Source of the DNA: Lysobacterales bacterium
GTDB lineage: Bacteria > Pseudomonadota > Gammaproteobacteria > Xanthomonadales > Xanthomonadaceae
Assembly: GCA_017302135.1 (NCBI GenBank)
Contig: JAFLDZ010000005.1
Coordinates: 84,159 to 148,158, forward strand
Reading direction: 5' to 3'
DNA: 64,000 nucleotides
The notes beneath the pieces are model-generated. The model was not told the origin of the DNA and made no database searches. It worked only from the letters and a program-made list of their open reading frames with translations. A program made the position numbers and the translations under genes. Positions 1-9,837 of the stretch are shown one piece after another. Position 1 is the stretch's first letter; each line of letters starts with the position of its first letter.

Positions 1-1830
1 CACGCGCACGGCCCAGGCATCACCACCCAGCGGTTCGCCCAGCGCAACGAACAGGTCGCGGCTGACGCCCGGGCGGATCGCCGCTTCGGTCATCACCTGG
101 CCGCCGCTGGCGTATTCGCGCTTTTCCGGATGCAGCGTGATCACTTGCCGGTCGTCGCGGAACACGGTCACGGTGCCGCGACTGGCGGCGTAGTTCGGTC
201 CCTGCAACCGCTCGACGCCGTCGAAGCGGAAACTGTCGCGGCCGAGGGTGAGCGTCTGTCCCGGCTTCATCGCGATCTCGCGCTGCTGCACCTGCGCTTC
301 GACCAGCAGCGCCCCGATCAGGAACACCGCGATGCCGCTGTGCGCCAGCACCATGCCGAGCATTTCCGGGGTGAGCGGACTGCTGTGCGTGCGCAGGCGC
401 TGCCAGACGAAGCGCGCGGTGCCGGATGCGATCCACACCGAACCGGCGACGCCGGCTGCGGTTTTCCAGGGGCCATTCGGCGCCTGGAAGTAGGCGATCG
501 CCCCGGCCACCAGCGCCAGCACCGCCCACGGCAGCAGCAGACGCAGGGGGCGCGCGAGTTCGTCGCGCTGCCAGCGGATCAGCGGGCCCAACGGCAGCAA
601 CAGGATGATCGGCGCCATCAACACGATGAACAGCAGCGAGAAATACGGCGGACCGACCGAAATCTTGCCGAGTTCCAGCGCATCGGCGAGCAGCGGATAG
701 AGGGTGCCGATCAGCACCATCGCGCAGGCGGCGGTGAGGAAAACGTTGTTGAGCAGCAGCAGCGCCTCGCGCGATGCGCCGGTGAACGGTTTGCCGCCGT
801 CGACGTCCGCTGCGCGCAGCGCATACAGCACCAGCGAACCGCCGACGACCAGCCCGAGGAAGATCAGGATGAACAGGCCGCGTCCGGGATCGGAGGCGAA
901 CGCATGCACGCTGGTCAGCACGCCCGAACGCACCAGGAAAGTACCGAGCAGCGACAGCGAGAACGTGGCAATCGCGAGCAGCAGCGTCCAACTGCGGAAA
1001 CTGCCGCGCTTCTCGGTGATCGCCTGCGAATGCAACAGTGCGGCGCCGGCCAGCCACGGCATGAAGCTGGCGTTCTCGACCGGATCCCAGAACCACCAGC
1101 CGCCCCAGCCCAGTTCGTAGTACGCCCACCAGCTGCCCAGCGCGATACCGATGGTGAGAAAGCCCCACGCGACATTGGTCCACGGCCGTGTCCAGCGCAG
1201 CCAGCGCGCGACTTCTTCAGGCCGCGAGGCGTTGCGGTCGAGCAGCGCGGCGATCGCGAATGCGAACGGCACCGCGAAGCCGACGTAGCCCATGTAGAGC
1301 ATCGGCGGATGCACGATCAGGCCGAAATCCTGCAGCAGCGGGTTGAGATCGCGACCTTCGGCGGCGCCGGGCAGGATCCGTTCGAACGGATTGCTGGTGA
1401 AGATCAGGAAGGCCAGAAAACCGAGGTTGATGATGCCCATCACCCCAAGCACGCGGGCGACCACCCGTTCCGGCAGCGATTTCGAAAACAGCGCGACCGC
1501 TGCGGTCCACAGCGAGAGGATCAGCGCCCACAGCAGCAGCGAACCTTCGTGCGCGCCCCACACGGCGGAATAGCGGTAGACCATCGGCAGCAGCGAATTG
1601 GAATTGGTGGCGACGTAGCGCAGCGAGAAATCCTGCACAACGAACGCCCAGGTCAGGATCGCGAAGGCGGTGCCGACCAGCACCAGTTGCGCCCATGCCG
1701 TGGGTCGCGCGATCGCCATCCACGGTGCCAGCCCGCGCTGTGCGCCGAGCAGCGGCAGGATCGCCTGCAGCGACGCGACCAACAGCGCCAGGATCAGCGC
1801 GATCTGGCCGAACTCCGGAAGCAGATGCAT
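1..1830 (-). CDS. ccmF: Cytochrome c-type biogenesis heme lyase CcmF, N-terminal 610 codons; the 3' end lies beyond the window start
   Basis: Absent from the ORF track because there is no stop in the window. My own minus-strand translation from ATG 1830-1828 gives MHLLPEFGQIALILALLVASLQAILPLLGAQRG...VQDFSLRYVATNSNSLLPMVYRYSAVWGAHEGSLLLWALILSLW, a typical CcmF N-terminus. I translated roughly the first 110 codons; the track lists no ORF in this frame, consistent with it staying open to nt 1. It lies 6 nt downstream of ccmE, in canonical ccm order. Confidence 0.9.
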   Translation of the reverse strand, partial: MHLLPEFGQIALILALLVASLQAILPLLGAQRGLAPWMAIARPTAWAQLVLVGTAFAILTWAFVVQDFSLRYVATNSNSLLPMVYRYSAVWGAHEGSLLLWALILSLWTAAVALFSKSLPERVVARVLGVMGIINLGFLAFLIFTSNPFERILPGAAEGRDLNPLLQDFGLIVHPPMLYMGYVGFAVPFAFAIAALLDRNASRPEEVARWLRWTRPWTNVAWGFLTIGIALGSWWAYYELGWGGWWFWDPVENASFMPWLAGAALLHSQAITEKRGSFRSWTLLLAIATFSLSLLGTFLVRSGVLTSVHAFASDPGRGLFILIFLGLVVGGSLVLYALRAADVDGGKPFTGASREALLLLNNVFLTAACAMVLIGTLYPLLADALELGKISVGPPYFSLLFIVLMAPIILLLPLGPLIRWQRDELARPLRLLLPWAVLALVAGAIAYFQAPNGPWKTAAGVAGSVWIASGTARFVWQRLRTHSSPLTPEMLGMVLAHSGIAVFLIGALLVEAQVQQREIAMKPGQTLTLGRDSFRFDGVERLQGPNYAASRGTVTVFRDDRQVITLHPEKREYASGGQVMTEAAIRPGVSRDLFVALGEPLGGDAWAVRV

Positions 1831-1836
1831 GCCCGC

Positions 1837-2352
1837 TCAGCGCTCCGGCATCGGTGCTGTGGCCGGAGGCGTTTGCGCAGTCCCGGCCTCTGTCGCTTCG
1901 GGCACGTTGTGCTTCTTGTGCGCCAGGCCCATCTTGTCGGCCACTTCCTTCGGCACGTAGGTCTCGTCGTGCTTGGCCAGCACCTGTTCGGCAATGAAGA
2001 TCTGGCCGTCCATCCGCCCGGTCGCCACCACCGCCTGCTTCTCGCGGAACAGATCCGGAAGAATGCCGGTGTAGCGCACTTCCAGTTCGCCGTCGCCGTC
2101 GGTCACTTTGAACCGGGCTTCCATCGAGCCTTCGGCGCGCTGCAGCGAATCGGCCGCGACCATGCCGCCGAGGCGGAACACCGCATCGCCGGTCTTGACC
2201 TTCGCACCCGCCTCGTCGGCGAGGATTTCGCTCGGCGTGTAGAGATAGGCGACATTGCGCTGCAGCGCCAGCGTCACCAGCGCGGTCGCAGCGACGGCGG
2301 CGGCCAGCAGCAACAGCACCAGCACGAGGCGGCGTTTCCGGGTGGGGTTCAT
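1837..2352 (-). CDS. ccmE: Cytochrome c maturation heme chaperone CcmE
   Basis: Track ORF 1837..2529 trimmed to the internal ATG at 2352 ([20 protein letters not shown] membrane anchor). The heme-binding region [14 protein letters not shown] is present. The start overlaps the ccmD stop (ATGA). Confidence 0.95.
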   Translation of the reverse strand: MNPTRKRRLVLVLLLLAAAVAATALVTLALQRNVAYLYTPSEILADEAGAKVKTGDAVFRLGGMVAADSLQRAEGSMEARFKVTDGDGELEVRYTGILPDLFREKQAVVATGRMDGQIFIAEQVLAKHDETYVPKEVADKMGLAHKKHNVPEATEAGTAQTPPATAPMPER

Positions 2353-2522
2353 CGTTGCAGCTCCGTGGGAATGGGCGCGTTCTGTGGGGTGGATGCGCGC
2401 CTCGCACGCAGGGAGACGTTGCGCAGGATACGGCGGATGCGCAGCAGCGGTGCGATCAGATCCCACAGCAGGACGACGACGAAGATCGCGTAGGCCGCGA
2501 CCACATAGACCAGATAGGTCAT
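2349..2522 (-). CDS. ccmD: Heme exporter protein CcmD
   Basis: Track ORF 2349..2741 trimmed to the ATG at 2522: [36 protein letters not shown], a single TM helix. It has 4-nt overlaps with ccmC and ccmE and sits in the expected position. Confidence 0.85.
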   Translation of the reverse strand: MTYLVYVVAAYAIFVVVLLWDLIAPLLRIRRILRNVSLRARRASTPQNAPIPTELQR

Positions 2523-3286
2523 GGCGCACGCTCCGCCGCAGTGTCGATCCCCGCGCGCTGACGCACCCAATCCTTGCCCGCTTCGCGTTCCAGATTGTCC
2601 GCGCGCGCGCGCAACAGCAGCGAACCGAGGAACCACAGCTTGGTGCCCAGCACGATCGCCACCAGCGGCGGAATCATGCTGGCGTCCATGCTCGATTCGC
2701 CGAACATGCGGATGGTCTGTCCCTGGTGCAGCGAGTTCCACCAGGTCACCGAATAACGGATCACCGGCAGCAGCGCGACCCCGACGATCGCCAGCAGTCC
2801 GGCGGCGCGTGCGGCGTTGCGGCGGTCGTCGATGGCCTGGTACAGGCCGATCACGCCCAGATACAGGAACAGCAGGATCAATTCACTGGTCAGCCGCGGG
2901 TCCCATTCCCACCACGTGCCCCACATCGGCTTGCCCCAGATCGAGCCGGTGGCCAGGGTGATGACGGTGAAGGCCGCGCCGATCGGCGCGCAGGCCATGG
3001 CCAGGATCTCGCACAGCTTGATCCGCCAGATCAGCGCGATCGCCGAATAGAACGCCATCAACGCGAAGATGAACATGCTCATCCACGCCGAGGGCACGTG
3101 GATGTAGAGAATGCGGAAGCTGTCGCCCTGCTGGTAATCGGCCGGAACGACGAACAGTCCCTGCCATCCGCCCCAGAGCATCACCAGCACGCCCAGGCCG
3201 AAGCACCACGGCGCCCAGCGCGCCGCGAAGCGGTCGAAGTACGGAGGAGAACCGAGTTGGTGGAACCAGCGGACGACGAGATTCAT
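2519..3286 (-). CDS. ccmC: Heme exporter protein CcmC
   Basis: 255-aa ORF with the Trp-rich motif [19 protein letters not shown] and multiple TM segments. Confidence 0.95.
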   Translation of the reverse strand: MNLVVRWFHQLGSPPYFDRFAARWAPWCFGLGVLVMLWGGWQGLFVVPADYQQGDSFRILYIHVPSAWMSMFIFALMAFYSAIALIWRIKLCEILAMACAPIGAAFTVITLATGSIWGKPMWGTWWEWDPRLTSELILLFLYLGVIGLYQAIDDRRNAARAAGLLAIVGVALLPVIRYSVTWWNSLHQGQTIRMFGESSMDASMIPPLVAIVLGTKLWFLGSLLLRARADNLEREAGKDWVRQRAGIDTAAERAP

Positions 3287-3423
3287 GTCGAGATGGAGCC
3301 TGTCATCGATCGATTAAGTGGGACTGAAGGCGCGCAATGCGGGCGTATTGTCGTGGGGGCTTCCGATAGAGGCATTGACCTGCCTCAAGCGGAATCGTTC
3401 ATGTCGCAGGGTCCGATCACCGC

Positions 3424-4136
3424 TCAGTTCACCGCAATGCGGATCGCCGCCGCTGCGGTCAGCGGCGCCAGCACCATCGCGACGATCAGTCCGGCGCCCA
3501 GCAACAGCAGCGCGCCGACCGGATCCAGGCCCTGCGCGCTGGCGGCGACGCTACCCGCGCCGAACACCAGCACCGGCACGTACAGCGGCAATGCGAGCAA
3601 GCCCACTAGGATACCGGAGCGGCGCATGCCGACGGTCAATGCCGCAATCACCGCGCCGATCAGACTCAGCAGCGGTGTGCCCAGCGCCAGTCCCATCATC
3701 AGAACCGGCAACTGCGCGCGCGGCAGGTGCATCAGTTCGGCCAGAAACGGTGTCGCCAACAGCAGCGGCCATGCGGTGGTGGCCCAGTGGATGAATGTGC
3801 GCACCGCAACCAGCCAGGCCAGTGGCACCGGCGCCAGCATCCACTGTTCGAGCGAACCGTCCTCGGCATCGCCCCGGAACAGGGTGTCCAGCGCGAGCAG
3901 TCCGGCCAGCAGCGCCGCGACCCAGAGCACGCCCGCAGCGACTTTGGCCTGGAGCTGCGGGTCGTTGCCCAGCGCCAGCGCGAACAGCACCACCACCATC
4001 AATGCGAACAGCGCCGGCTGCAGCGCGTCCCCGCGCCGCCGCCAGAGCAGGCGCAGATCGCGGGTGAGCAGGGCACGGGCGGCGTCCAGCAGGGAGGGTG
4101 CACTGCCGGCGAGGCCCATGCGTGGCGGAGACGCGT

Positions 4137-4140
<4 letters not shown>
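3424..4140 (-). CDS. ccmB: Heme exporter permease CcmB
   Basis: C-terminal 238 aa of track ORF 3424..5016 ([15 protein letters not shown]...[28 protein letters not shown]...), a polytopic membrane protein. The ATG at 4140 overlaps the ccmA stop (ATGA). Confidence 0.9.
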
Positions 4141-4781
<641 letters not shown>

Positions 4782-4831
4782 CGACAGGCATCGGCCGGAT
4801 CGCGGCTGCGTTCCAGCCTGAGCCGGCGATT

Positions 4832-5377
4832 TTACGTGTTGAGTGTCGGGATTGCTTCGGCCTGCGTCGTTCGGGGGCAAAAGCCATCTCCAAGCCAGTC
4901 GATATGCGGGTGATCGGCGAGCGTGTCGGGCCGTGTCGCACGCATCCGCAGCCGCACCGGCGTCTCGCGCAGCCATAGCAGCGCGCCGGTCTGACCGAAC
5001 CGGCGGGCCAGCGCATCGAATGTCGATTCTCCGGGCTCGATGACCAGCCAGTTCTGCGCGCGCCAACTGCGATTGCGGCCGATGACGAAACCCGGTCGGT
5101 AACGCAAGCCGAGCTGATCCAGTGCCTGTTGCAGTTCGCGGTCTGCGGCCCGGTTATCCGCGTCGCTGCGTGCCACGTTGCCGGGATTGGACGCGCTGAG
5201 CATGCCGAAGCGTGTCGCGTCCGGGAATGTGGCGTCGAGCTCGCCAGCCTGCTTGCCGATCCGGATCGGCCACCATCGGCCGTCGATCTCCCACTTGAAC
5301 TCGGCTGCCGTATAGATGGCAGCCAGCGTGGCGAGATGGGAGATGGGCAGCGCTTCCTTTACGTCCTGATCCAACAA
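4832..5377 (-). CDS. DUF3293-like hypothetical protein (paralog A)
   Basis: 181-aa ORF with core [17 protein letters not shown]...[12 protein letters not shown]...[13 protein letters not shown]...[14 protein letters not shown]. This fits my memory of the DUF3293 pattern (xTAxNP ... N ... W.E.S.lv ... fgQ.A). The first codon is TTG and there is no upstream ATG, so the start is uncertain. Confidence 0.7.
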   Translation of the reverse strand: MLDQDVKEALPISHLATLAAIYTAAEFKWEIDGRWWPIRIGKQAGELDATFPDATRFGMLSASNPGNVARSDADNRAADRELQQALDQLGLRYRPGFVIGRNRSWRAQNWLVIEPGESTFDALARRFGQTGALLWLRETPVRLRMRATRPDTLADHPHIDWLGDGFCPRTTQAEAIPTLNT

Positions 5378-5469
5378 CTTGATTCACCGGGGTTATGGCT
5401 GGGCCCGGAATGGTAGGTGGGTGATATTGGAGCCACGGCTCGGATCGCGCTCCAGGGCTCGGCGTTCGT

Positions 5470-5958
5470 TCAGCCTCGCAGCCAGTCGATATCGGCGTGG
5501 TGCGCGAACGCGCGCGGTCGGGTCGCGTCCACCCTGAGCCTGACCGCCTCCCGTGCCGTCCAATGCAGCGTCGCCAGTTGCCCATAGCGGCGCGAAAGCG
5601 CGTCGAACTCGACCGGCGGCAGATCGATCACCAGCCAGCTGGGTTCGCGCCACGAGCGATTCACCGCCGACGAAAACGCGGGCTGGAATCTCCTCCCGCT
5701 GTCGATCAGGTCCCGCTGCAGCGCCTCGTCCGCAGCGCGATTGGCCGCTTCGGGGCGCTCGACGGAGTGGGGGTTCCAGGCGGACATCAGGCCGAACCGT
5801 GTGGCTTCGGGAAACCTGCGGGCAGCTTCGGGGACTCGTTCGCCGATGCGCAGATTCAACCAGTCGCCGTCCATCTCCCAGCGGTATTCCGCAGCGAGAT
5901 AGGCGCGCACCAGTTCGGCGATCCGGGCTTCGCCGGTGTACGGTGTGGACGATGGCAT
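5470..5958 (-). CDS. DUF3293-like hypothetical protein (paralog B)
   Basis: 162-aa ORF with an ATG start. It is collinear with paralog A: YLAAEYRWEMDGDWLNLRIGE...FPEATRFGLMSAWNPHS...NRAADEALQ...RSWREPSWLVIDL...LSRRYGQLATLHW. Confidence 0.8.
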   Translation of the reverse strand: MPSSTPYTGEARIAELVRAYLAAEYRWEMDGDWLNLRIGERVPEAARRFPEATRFGLMSAWNPHSVERPEAANRAADEALQRDLIDSGRRFQPAFSSAVNRSWREPSWLVIDLPPVEFDALSRRYGQLATLHWTAREAVRLRVDATRPRAFAHHADIDWLRG

Positions 5959-6067
5959 GGGTCAAGGTTTAACCCGGATGCGCGGCCCCGTAAACTCTGG
6001 CGCCCGCATGCGTCGCTGTGCTACACGCCATCGCGAACGACCTCGATCGACTTTCCCGGACCCCAGC

Positions 6068-7213
6068 ATGCCGCAGACCAAATTGCCCAAGGTGGGCACC
6101 ACCATCTTCACCGTGATGTCGCAATTGGCGGCCGAACACGGCGCCATCAATCTCGGCCAGGGGTTCCCCGACTTCCCTGTGCCGCAGCGGCTGGTCGATG
6201 AGCTGGACAAGGCGATGCGCGCCGGGCACAACCAGTATTCGATGATGACCGGCATCCCCGCGCTGCGTCGGGCCATCGCCGAGAAGACCGCGCGCGTCTA
6301 CGGCGTACTGCCCGATGCCGACCGCGAAATCACCGTCACCAGCGGCGCCACCGAGGCGATCTTCAACGCGATACACGCGGTGGTGAGCGCCGGCGAGGAA
6401 GTCATCGTCCTCGATCCCTGCTACGACTGCTACGAACCGGCGATCGATCTGGCCGGCGCGCGCGCGGTGCATATCCCGCTCGACCCGCAGACCTTCGCGC
6501 CCGACTGGCAGCGCGTGCGCGAGGCCATCGGTCCGAAGACGCGGATGCTGATGATCAACAGTCCGCACAATCCGTCCGGCGCGATGTTGACCGCCGACGA
6601 CATGGCGATCGTCGCCGAGCTGCTGCGCGACACCGGCATCTGGCTGCTGTCGGACGAGGTCTACGAGCACATCGTCTTCGATGGTGCGCGGCACGAGTCC
6701 GCGCTGCGTTACCCGGAACTGCGCGAACGTGCGTTCGTGATTTCCAGTTTCGGCAAGACCTATCACTGCACCGGTTGGAAAGTCGGCTACTGCATCGCGC
6801 CGCCCGCGTTGAGCGCGGAATTCCGCAAAGTGCATCAGTACAACGTGTTCTGCACTTTCCATCCGGCGCAGCACGCATTCGCGGCGATGATCGATGCCGA
6901 GCCCGAACACTACGAACAGTTGGGCGCGTTCTACCAGTCCAAGCGCGACCGTTTCCGCGAGCAGTTGCTGACGACGAAGCTCAAGCCGCTGCCGGTGCCG
7001 GGCGGCTATTTCCAACTGGTCGATTATTCGGCGATCAGCGACCTCGACGATGCCGCATTCTGCCGCTGGTTGACCGTCGAAAAAGGCGTCGCCGCGATTC
7101 CGCTGTCGCCGTTCTACGAAACGCCACCGGAAGGGCAGCGCCTCGCCCGGCTGTGCTTCGCGAAGAACGACAGCACGCTCGATGGTGCGATCGAACGTCT
7201 GCAGAGGCTTTGA
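6068..7213 (+). CDS. ybdL: PLP-dependent methionine/glutamine aminotransferase, YbdL-like
   Basis: Track ORF 5936..7213 trimmed to MPQTKLPKVGTTIFTVMSQLA (ATG 6068). It is collinear with E. coli YbdL as I remember it: INLGQGFPDF, NQYSMMTG, NSPHNPSG, PLP-lysine region SSFGKTYHCTGWKVGYC, and RLCFAK at the end. Confidence 0.9.
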   Translation: MPQTKLPKVGTTIFTVMSQLAAEHGAINLGQGFPDFPVPQRLVDELDKAMRAGHNQYSMMTGIPALRRAIAEKTARVYGVLPDADREITVTSGATEAIFNAIHAVVSAGEEVIVLDPCYDCYEPAIDLAGARAVHIPLDPQTFAPDWQRVREAIGPKTRMLMINSPHNPSGAMLTADDMAIVAELLRDTGIWLLSDEVYEHIVFDGARHESALRYPELRERAFVISSFGKTYHCTGWKVGYCIAPPALSAEFRKVHQYNVFCTFHPAQHAFAAMIDAEPEHYEQLGAFYQSKRDRFREQLLTTKLKPLPVPGGYFQLVDYSAISDLDDAAFCRWLTVEKGVAAIPLSPFYETPPEGQRLARLCFAKNDSTLDGAIERLQRL

Positions 7214-7214
7214 C

Positions 7215-8012
7215 ATGGACGACCTTCGCATCACCCTCGTCCAGGGCGCCACCCGTTGGCACGATCCCGCCGCCAATCGCGAGTACTACGGGCATCTGAT
7301 CGCGCCGCTGCACGATCGCACCGATCTGGTATTGCTGCCCGAAACCTTCACCAGCGGATTCTCCAACGATGCCATCGCCCAAGCCGAAACCATGGACGAC
7401 CCGACCGTCGCCTGGGTGCGCGAACAGGCGCGCGCATTGAACGCCGCAGTCTGCGGCAGCGTGCAACTGCGCGATGGCGATGCGGTCTACAACCGCTTGC
7501 TGTTCGCCACGCCGGACGGCGAGTTGCAGACTTACGACAAGCGCCACCTGTTCCGTTTCGGCCGCGAGCACGAACGCTACGCCGCGGGTCGCGACCGGCT
7601 GACGCTCGAATGGCGCGGTTGGCGCATCTGCCCGATGGTCTGCTACGACCTGCGCTTCCCGGTGTTCTCGCGCAACCGTTACGACGTCGAGCGTCGCGGC
7701 CAACTCGATTACGACCTGCTGCTCTACGTCGCCAACTGGCCGTCGGCCCGCGCCTATCCGTGGAAGACGCTGCTGCGCGCCCGCGCCATCGAAAATCTCT
7801 GCTACGTCGCCGGTCTCAACCGTGTCGGCACCGACGGCAACCAACTGCATTATTCCGGCGACAGTGCGGTGATCGATTTTCTCGGTCACCCGGTGAGCGA
7901 GTGCATGGATGAGGAAGTCGTCGTCACCACGACGCTGCAGGCGAAAGAACTCGCTGCGCATCGCGAGCGGTTTCCGGCGATGCTGGATGGGGACGCGTTC
8001 GAGTTGCGTTAG
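7215..8012 (+). CDS. yafV: Omega-amidase (2-oxoglutaramate amidase), nitrilase superfamily, YafV-like
   Basis: Track ORF 7182..8012 trimmed to MDDLRITLVQ (ATG 7215, 1 nt after the ybdL stop). Matches to remembered E. coli YafV: LPETFTSGF, YDKRHLFRFG, EWRGWRICPMVCYDLRFPVFSRN (catalytic Cys), YVANWPSAR, ARAIEN. Confidence 0.9.
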   Translation: MDDLRITLVQGATRWHDPAANREYYGHLIAPLHDRTDLVLLPETFTSGFSNDAIAQAETMDDPTVAWVREQARALNAAVCGSVQLRDGDAVYNRLLFATPDGELQTYDKRHLFRFGREHERYAAGRDRLTLEWRGWRICPMVCYDLRFPVFSRNRYDVERRGQLDYDLLLYVANWPSARAYPWKTLLRARAIENLCYVAGLNRVGTDGNQLHYSGDSAVIDFLGHPVSECMDEEVVVTTTLQAKELAAHRERFPAMLDGDAFELR

Positions 8013-8611
8013 CCATCCGATCGGGACAGCGCCGCAGCGCAGTGTCGTGGCAGCGTGACGATGCCAGCCCAGTCGGGCGCAGGTTCGAATCGCAGGTTTC
8101 GATAGCTCCACAGCCATGCCTGGCCATCGCGGATGGCCCATGCATGCGACAGGCGGAAGCCATCGCGCGAAAGCTTCCTTTCGATCGATTCGAACAGATC
8201 CACGCTGCCACTGCAGCCTTTCGGCGCCGTATCCAGAACGGGTTTCATCAGCAACCATCGAACCCCTTCACCGGCGAGCACGGGCATCCACATCGCTATT
8301 GCGATTCCGAGCAGGGCCCGCGCGCCCCATTCGAACCCTGTTCTCGATGGCCCGGGGATGCTGCACAGCAAACGCAGCGACATCACCGGCAACGACAGGC
8401 AAAGCAAGGCGAACAGCGGTGCCGAACCGACCAGGGTCGCGGCGGTTGTCGGCAGGGATATCGGGAAAACGACGTAAAGCATCGCTTCCCAAGGGTCGAG
8501 GATCATCCAGACCTGCCAGGCAACGAAGAGATGCGCGATCAACAGCGTCTTGCCGCCGATGGTGCGATCCACCGTTGCGCACCTGTTTTCGTCGATGGCG
8601 ACAGTGCTCAA
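8009..8611 (-). CDS. Hypothetical membrane protein (about 3 N-terminal TM helices plus a soluble C-terminal domain)
   Basis: 200-aa ORF. The ATG at 8611 overlaps the stop of the upstream oxidoreductase gene (4-nt overlap, suggesting translational coupling). Hydrophobic stretches LLIAHLFVAWQVWMIL, APLFALLCLSLPVMSL, ALLGIAIAMWMPVLA. I recognise no family. Confidence 0.6.
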   Translation of the reverse strand: MSTVAIDENRCATVDRTIGGKTLLIAHLFVAWQVWMILDPWEAMLYVVFPISLPTTAATLVGSAPLFALLCLSLPVMSLRLLCSIPGPSRTGFEWGARALLGIAIAMWMPVLAGEGVRWLLMKPVLDTAPKGCSGSVDLFESIERKLSRDGFRLSHAWAIRDGQAWLWSYRNLRFEPAPDWAGIVTLPRHCAAALSRSDG

Positions 8612-9717
8612 GGCGATCTTCTCCCGAAGTACACATGCGAGGCCGCCCAGCGCATCGGCGCTGAGCCCAGCATCAGGTCGAACGGCCAGTCCGTCTGGCA
8701 GTGATCGAAGGCCCAGCGCAGCGCGCGTTTGATGCGGTAGCGCGGCGCGGCGCGTTCGGCTTCGAGTTCCGGCGACGGGCCGCCGTCGCGTTCGTGACGT
8801 GCGACCGCTTCACCGACCGCCCAGCCGTGCTGCCAGGCCGAATGGATGCCGCCGGCGGTGACCGGCGACACGATGCCCGCAGCATCGCCGGTGAGAATCA
8901 CCCCGGGACGTGCGATCGGCGTGACCGGGCCGCCGCAGGGGATCAGGCCGGCGCGGATCGCAGAAGGGCTGAGGTCGTCGGGGATCCCGATGCGATGACC
9001 GACGCGGGCGCGCAGTGCGTCGATGTCAGGCGTCCCGGTGCGCGAAGCGCGATGGCGGAATGCCAGTCCGAACTGCACGCCGGTGGGATTCTGCGTCGCC
9101 CAGCCGATGTAGCCCGGCGCGAACTGCTTGCTGACGAAACAGTGCAGCGCATCGGGTTCGCGCAGCTCAAGGCCCGCGAATTCGTATTCGACGCCATACA
9201 GGAAATGCTCGACGCGGCCGAGGTCGAAACGCTGCGCCACCCGCGATTTCGCGCCGTCGGCGCCGACCAGCCAGCGCGTGCGGCCGATGCCCGGAACATG
9301 CCAGCGGCCGAGATGCGCCAATGGTTCGCGCGAGGCACCGGTGAACGATTGCGCGAGCCGCAGATCGACGCCCTGATCGCGCATTTCGTCGGCCAACCAG
9401 CGCATCAGATTCGGCGTGTCGGTGGTGAGGAAGTAGTAGTCCGGCACCTGCAGCGCGACATCGCGCAGATTGGGCGCGTAAAGGCGCACGCGCTCGACCC
9501 TGCGTACAAGATCCTGCGGCACCTTATTGAGCCAGGTCTTTTCCGCCGCTTCCTTGACGATGATCCCGGTGGTGTGGAGCTTCAGCCCGGGGTCGCGCTT
9601 GCGTTCCAGCACGCAGACCCGCAGCCCGTACTGCGCTGCGGCAATCGCGCACGCCGCGCCAGCGAAACTGGCGCCGACGATGACAAGGTCGTAATCGCGT
9701 TCGGGTTGCGCGGCCAT
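8608..9717 (-). CDS. FAD-dependent oxidoreductase, geranylgeranyl-reductase-like
   Basis: 369-aa ORF. N-terminal dinucleotide fold YDLVIVGASFAGAACAIAAA...LERK; second FAD motif VILTGDAAGIVSPVTAGGI. Confidence 0.85.
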   Translation of the reverse strand: MAAQPERDYDLVIVGASFAGAACAIAAAQYGLRVCVLERKRDPGLKLHTTGIIVKEAAEKTWLNKVPQDLVRRVERVRLYAPNLRDVALQVPDYYFLTTDTPNLMRWLADEMRDQGVDLRLAQSFTGASREPLAHLGRWHVPGIGRTRWLVGADGAKSRVAQRFDLGRVEHFLYGVEYEFAGLELREPDALHCFVSKQFAPGYIGWATQNPTGVQFGLAFRHRASRTGTPDIDALRARVGHRIGIPDDLSPSAIRAGLIPCGGPVTPIARPGVILTGDAAGIVSPVTAGGIHSAWQHGWAVGEAVARHERDGGPSPELEAERAAPRYRIKRALRWAFDHCQTDWPFDLMLGSAPMRWAASHVYFGRRSP

Positions 9718-9720
9718 GGC

Positions 9721-9744
9721 GGCTCCGTCGTGGAAGACGGAGCC
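9721..9744 (-). promoter_or_regulatory. 9-bp GC-rich hairpin in the 5' leader that encloses the Shine-Dalgarno of the oxidoreductase gene
   Basis: Plus strand ggctccgtc-gtggaa-gacggagcc. On the mRNA this reads GGCUCCGUC UUCCAC GACGGAGCC GCC AUG, so the GGAG that sits 5 nt before the AUG is inside the stem. Confidence 0.45.
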
Positions 9745-9815
9745 AGTGTCGACAACGGGCGAGGGCGGGAGATGGCGGTCGTGTGAAGCGGAACTTCACA
9801 CAGCGCCTACGATCC

Positions 9816-9837
9816 GTAGGTCGGGCCCTGGCCCGAC
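9816..9837. repeat. REP/SMAG-like palindromic element (GTAG + GTCGGGCC-CT-GGCCCGAC)
   Basis: GTAG tetranucleotide followed by a perfect 8-bp stem. This resembles the GTAG-headed REPs described for Stenotrophomonas. It is intergenic, between the oxidoreductase gene and rluB. Confidence 0.5.

Noticed and set aside
130-2493. 787-aa plus-strand ORF. Similar long ORFs occur at 41270-44512 (-), 59941-62847 (+), 26618-28651 (-), 36072-37607 (-), 18733-19953 (-) and 55530-57500 (+).
   Set aside because: All lie opposite strongly supported genes (ccmF/E, gyrA, sucA, the 1051-aa enzyme, ligA, the TBDT, acuI/LOG). All have the Arg/Gly/Ala/Asp-rich composition typical of non-coding frames in about 70% GC DNA.
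3287-3423. 137-nt gap inside the otherwise overlapping ccmABCDE gene string
   Set aside because: I found no ORF, convincing promoter or structured element. It is probably just an internal spacer or promoter, and there is not enough evidence to report a feature.
8078-8100. GGTTCGAATC, a T-loop-like motif suggesting a tRNA
   Set aside because: The flanking bases (GCAGG...CGCAG) cannot form a T-stem, no acceptor or anticodon arms are present, and it lies inside a coding region.
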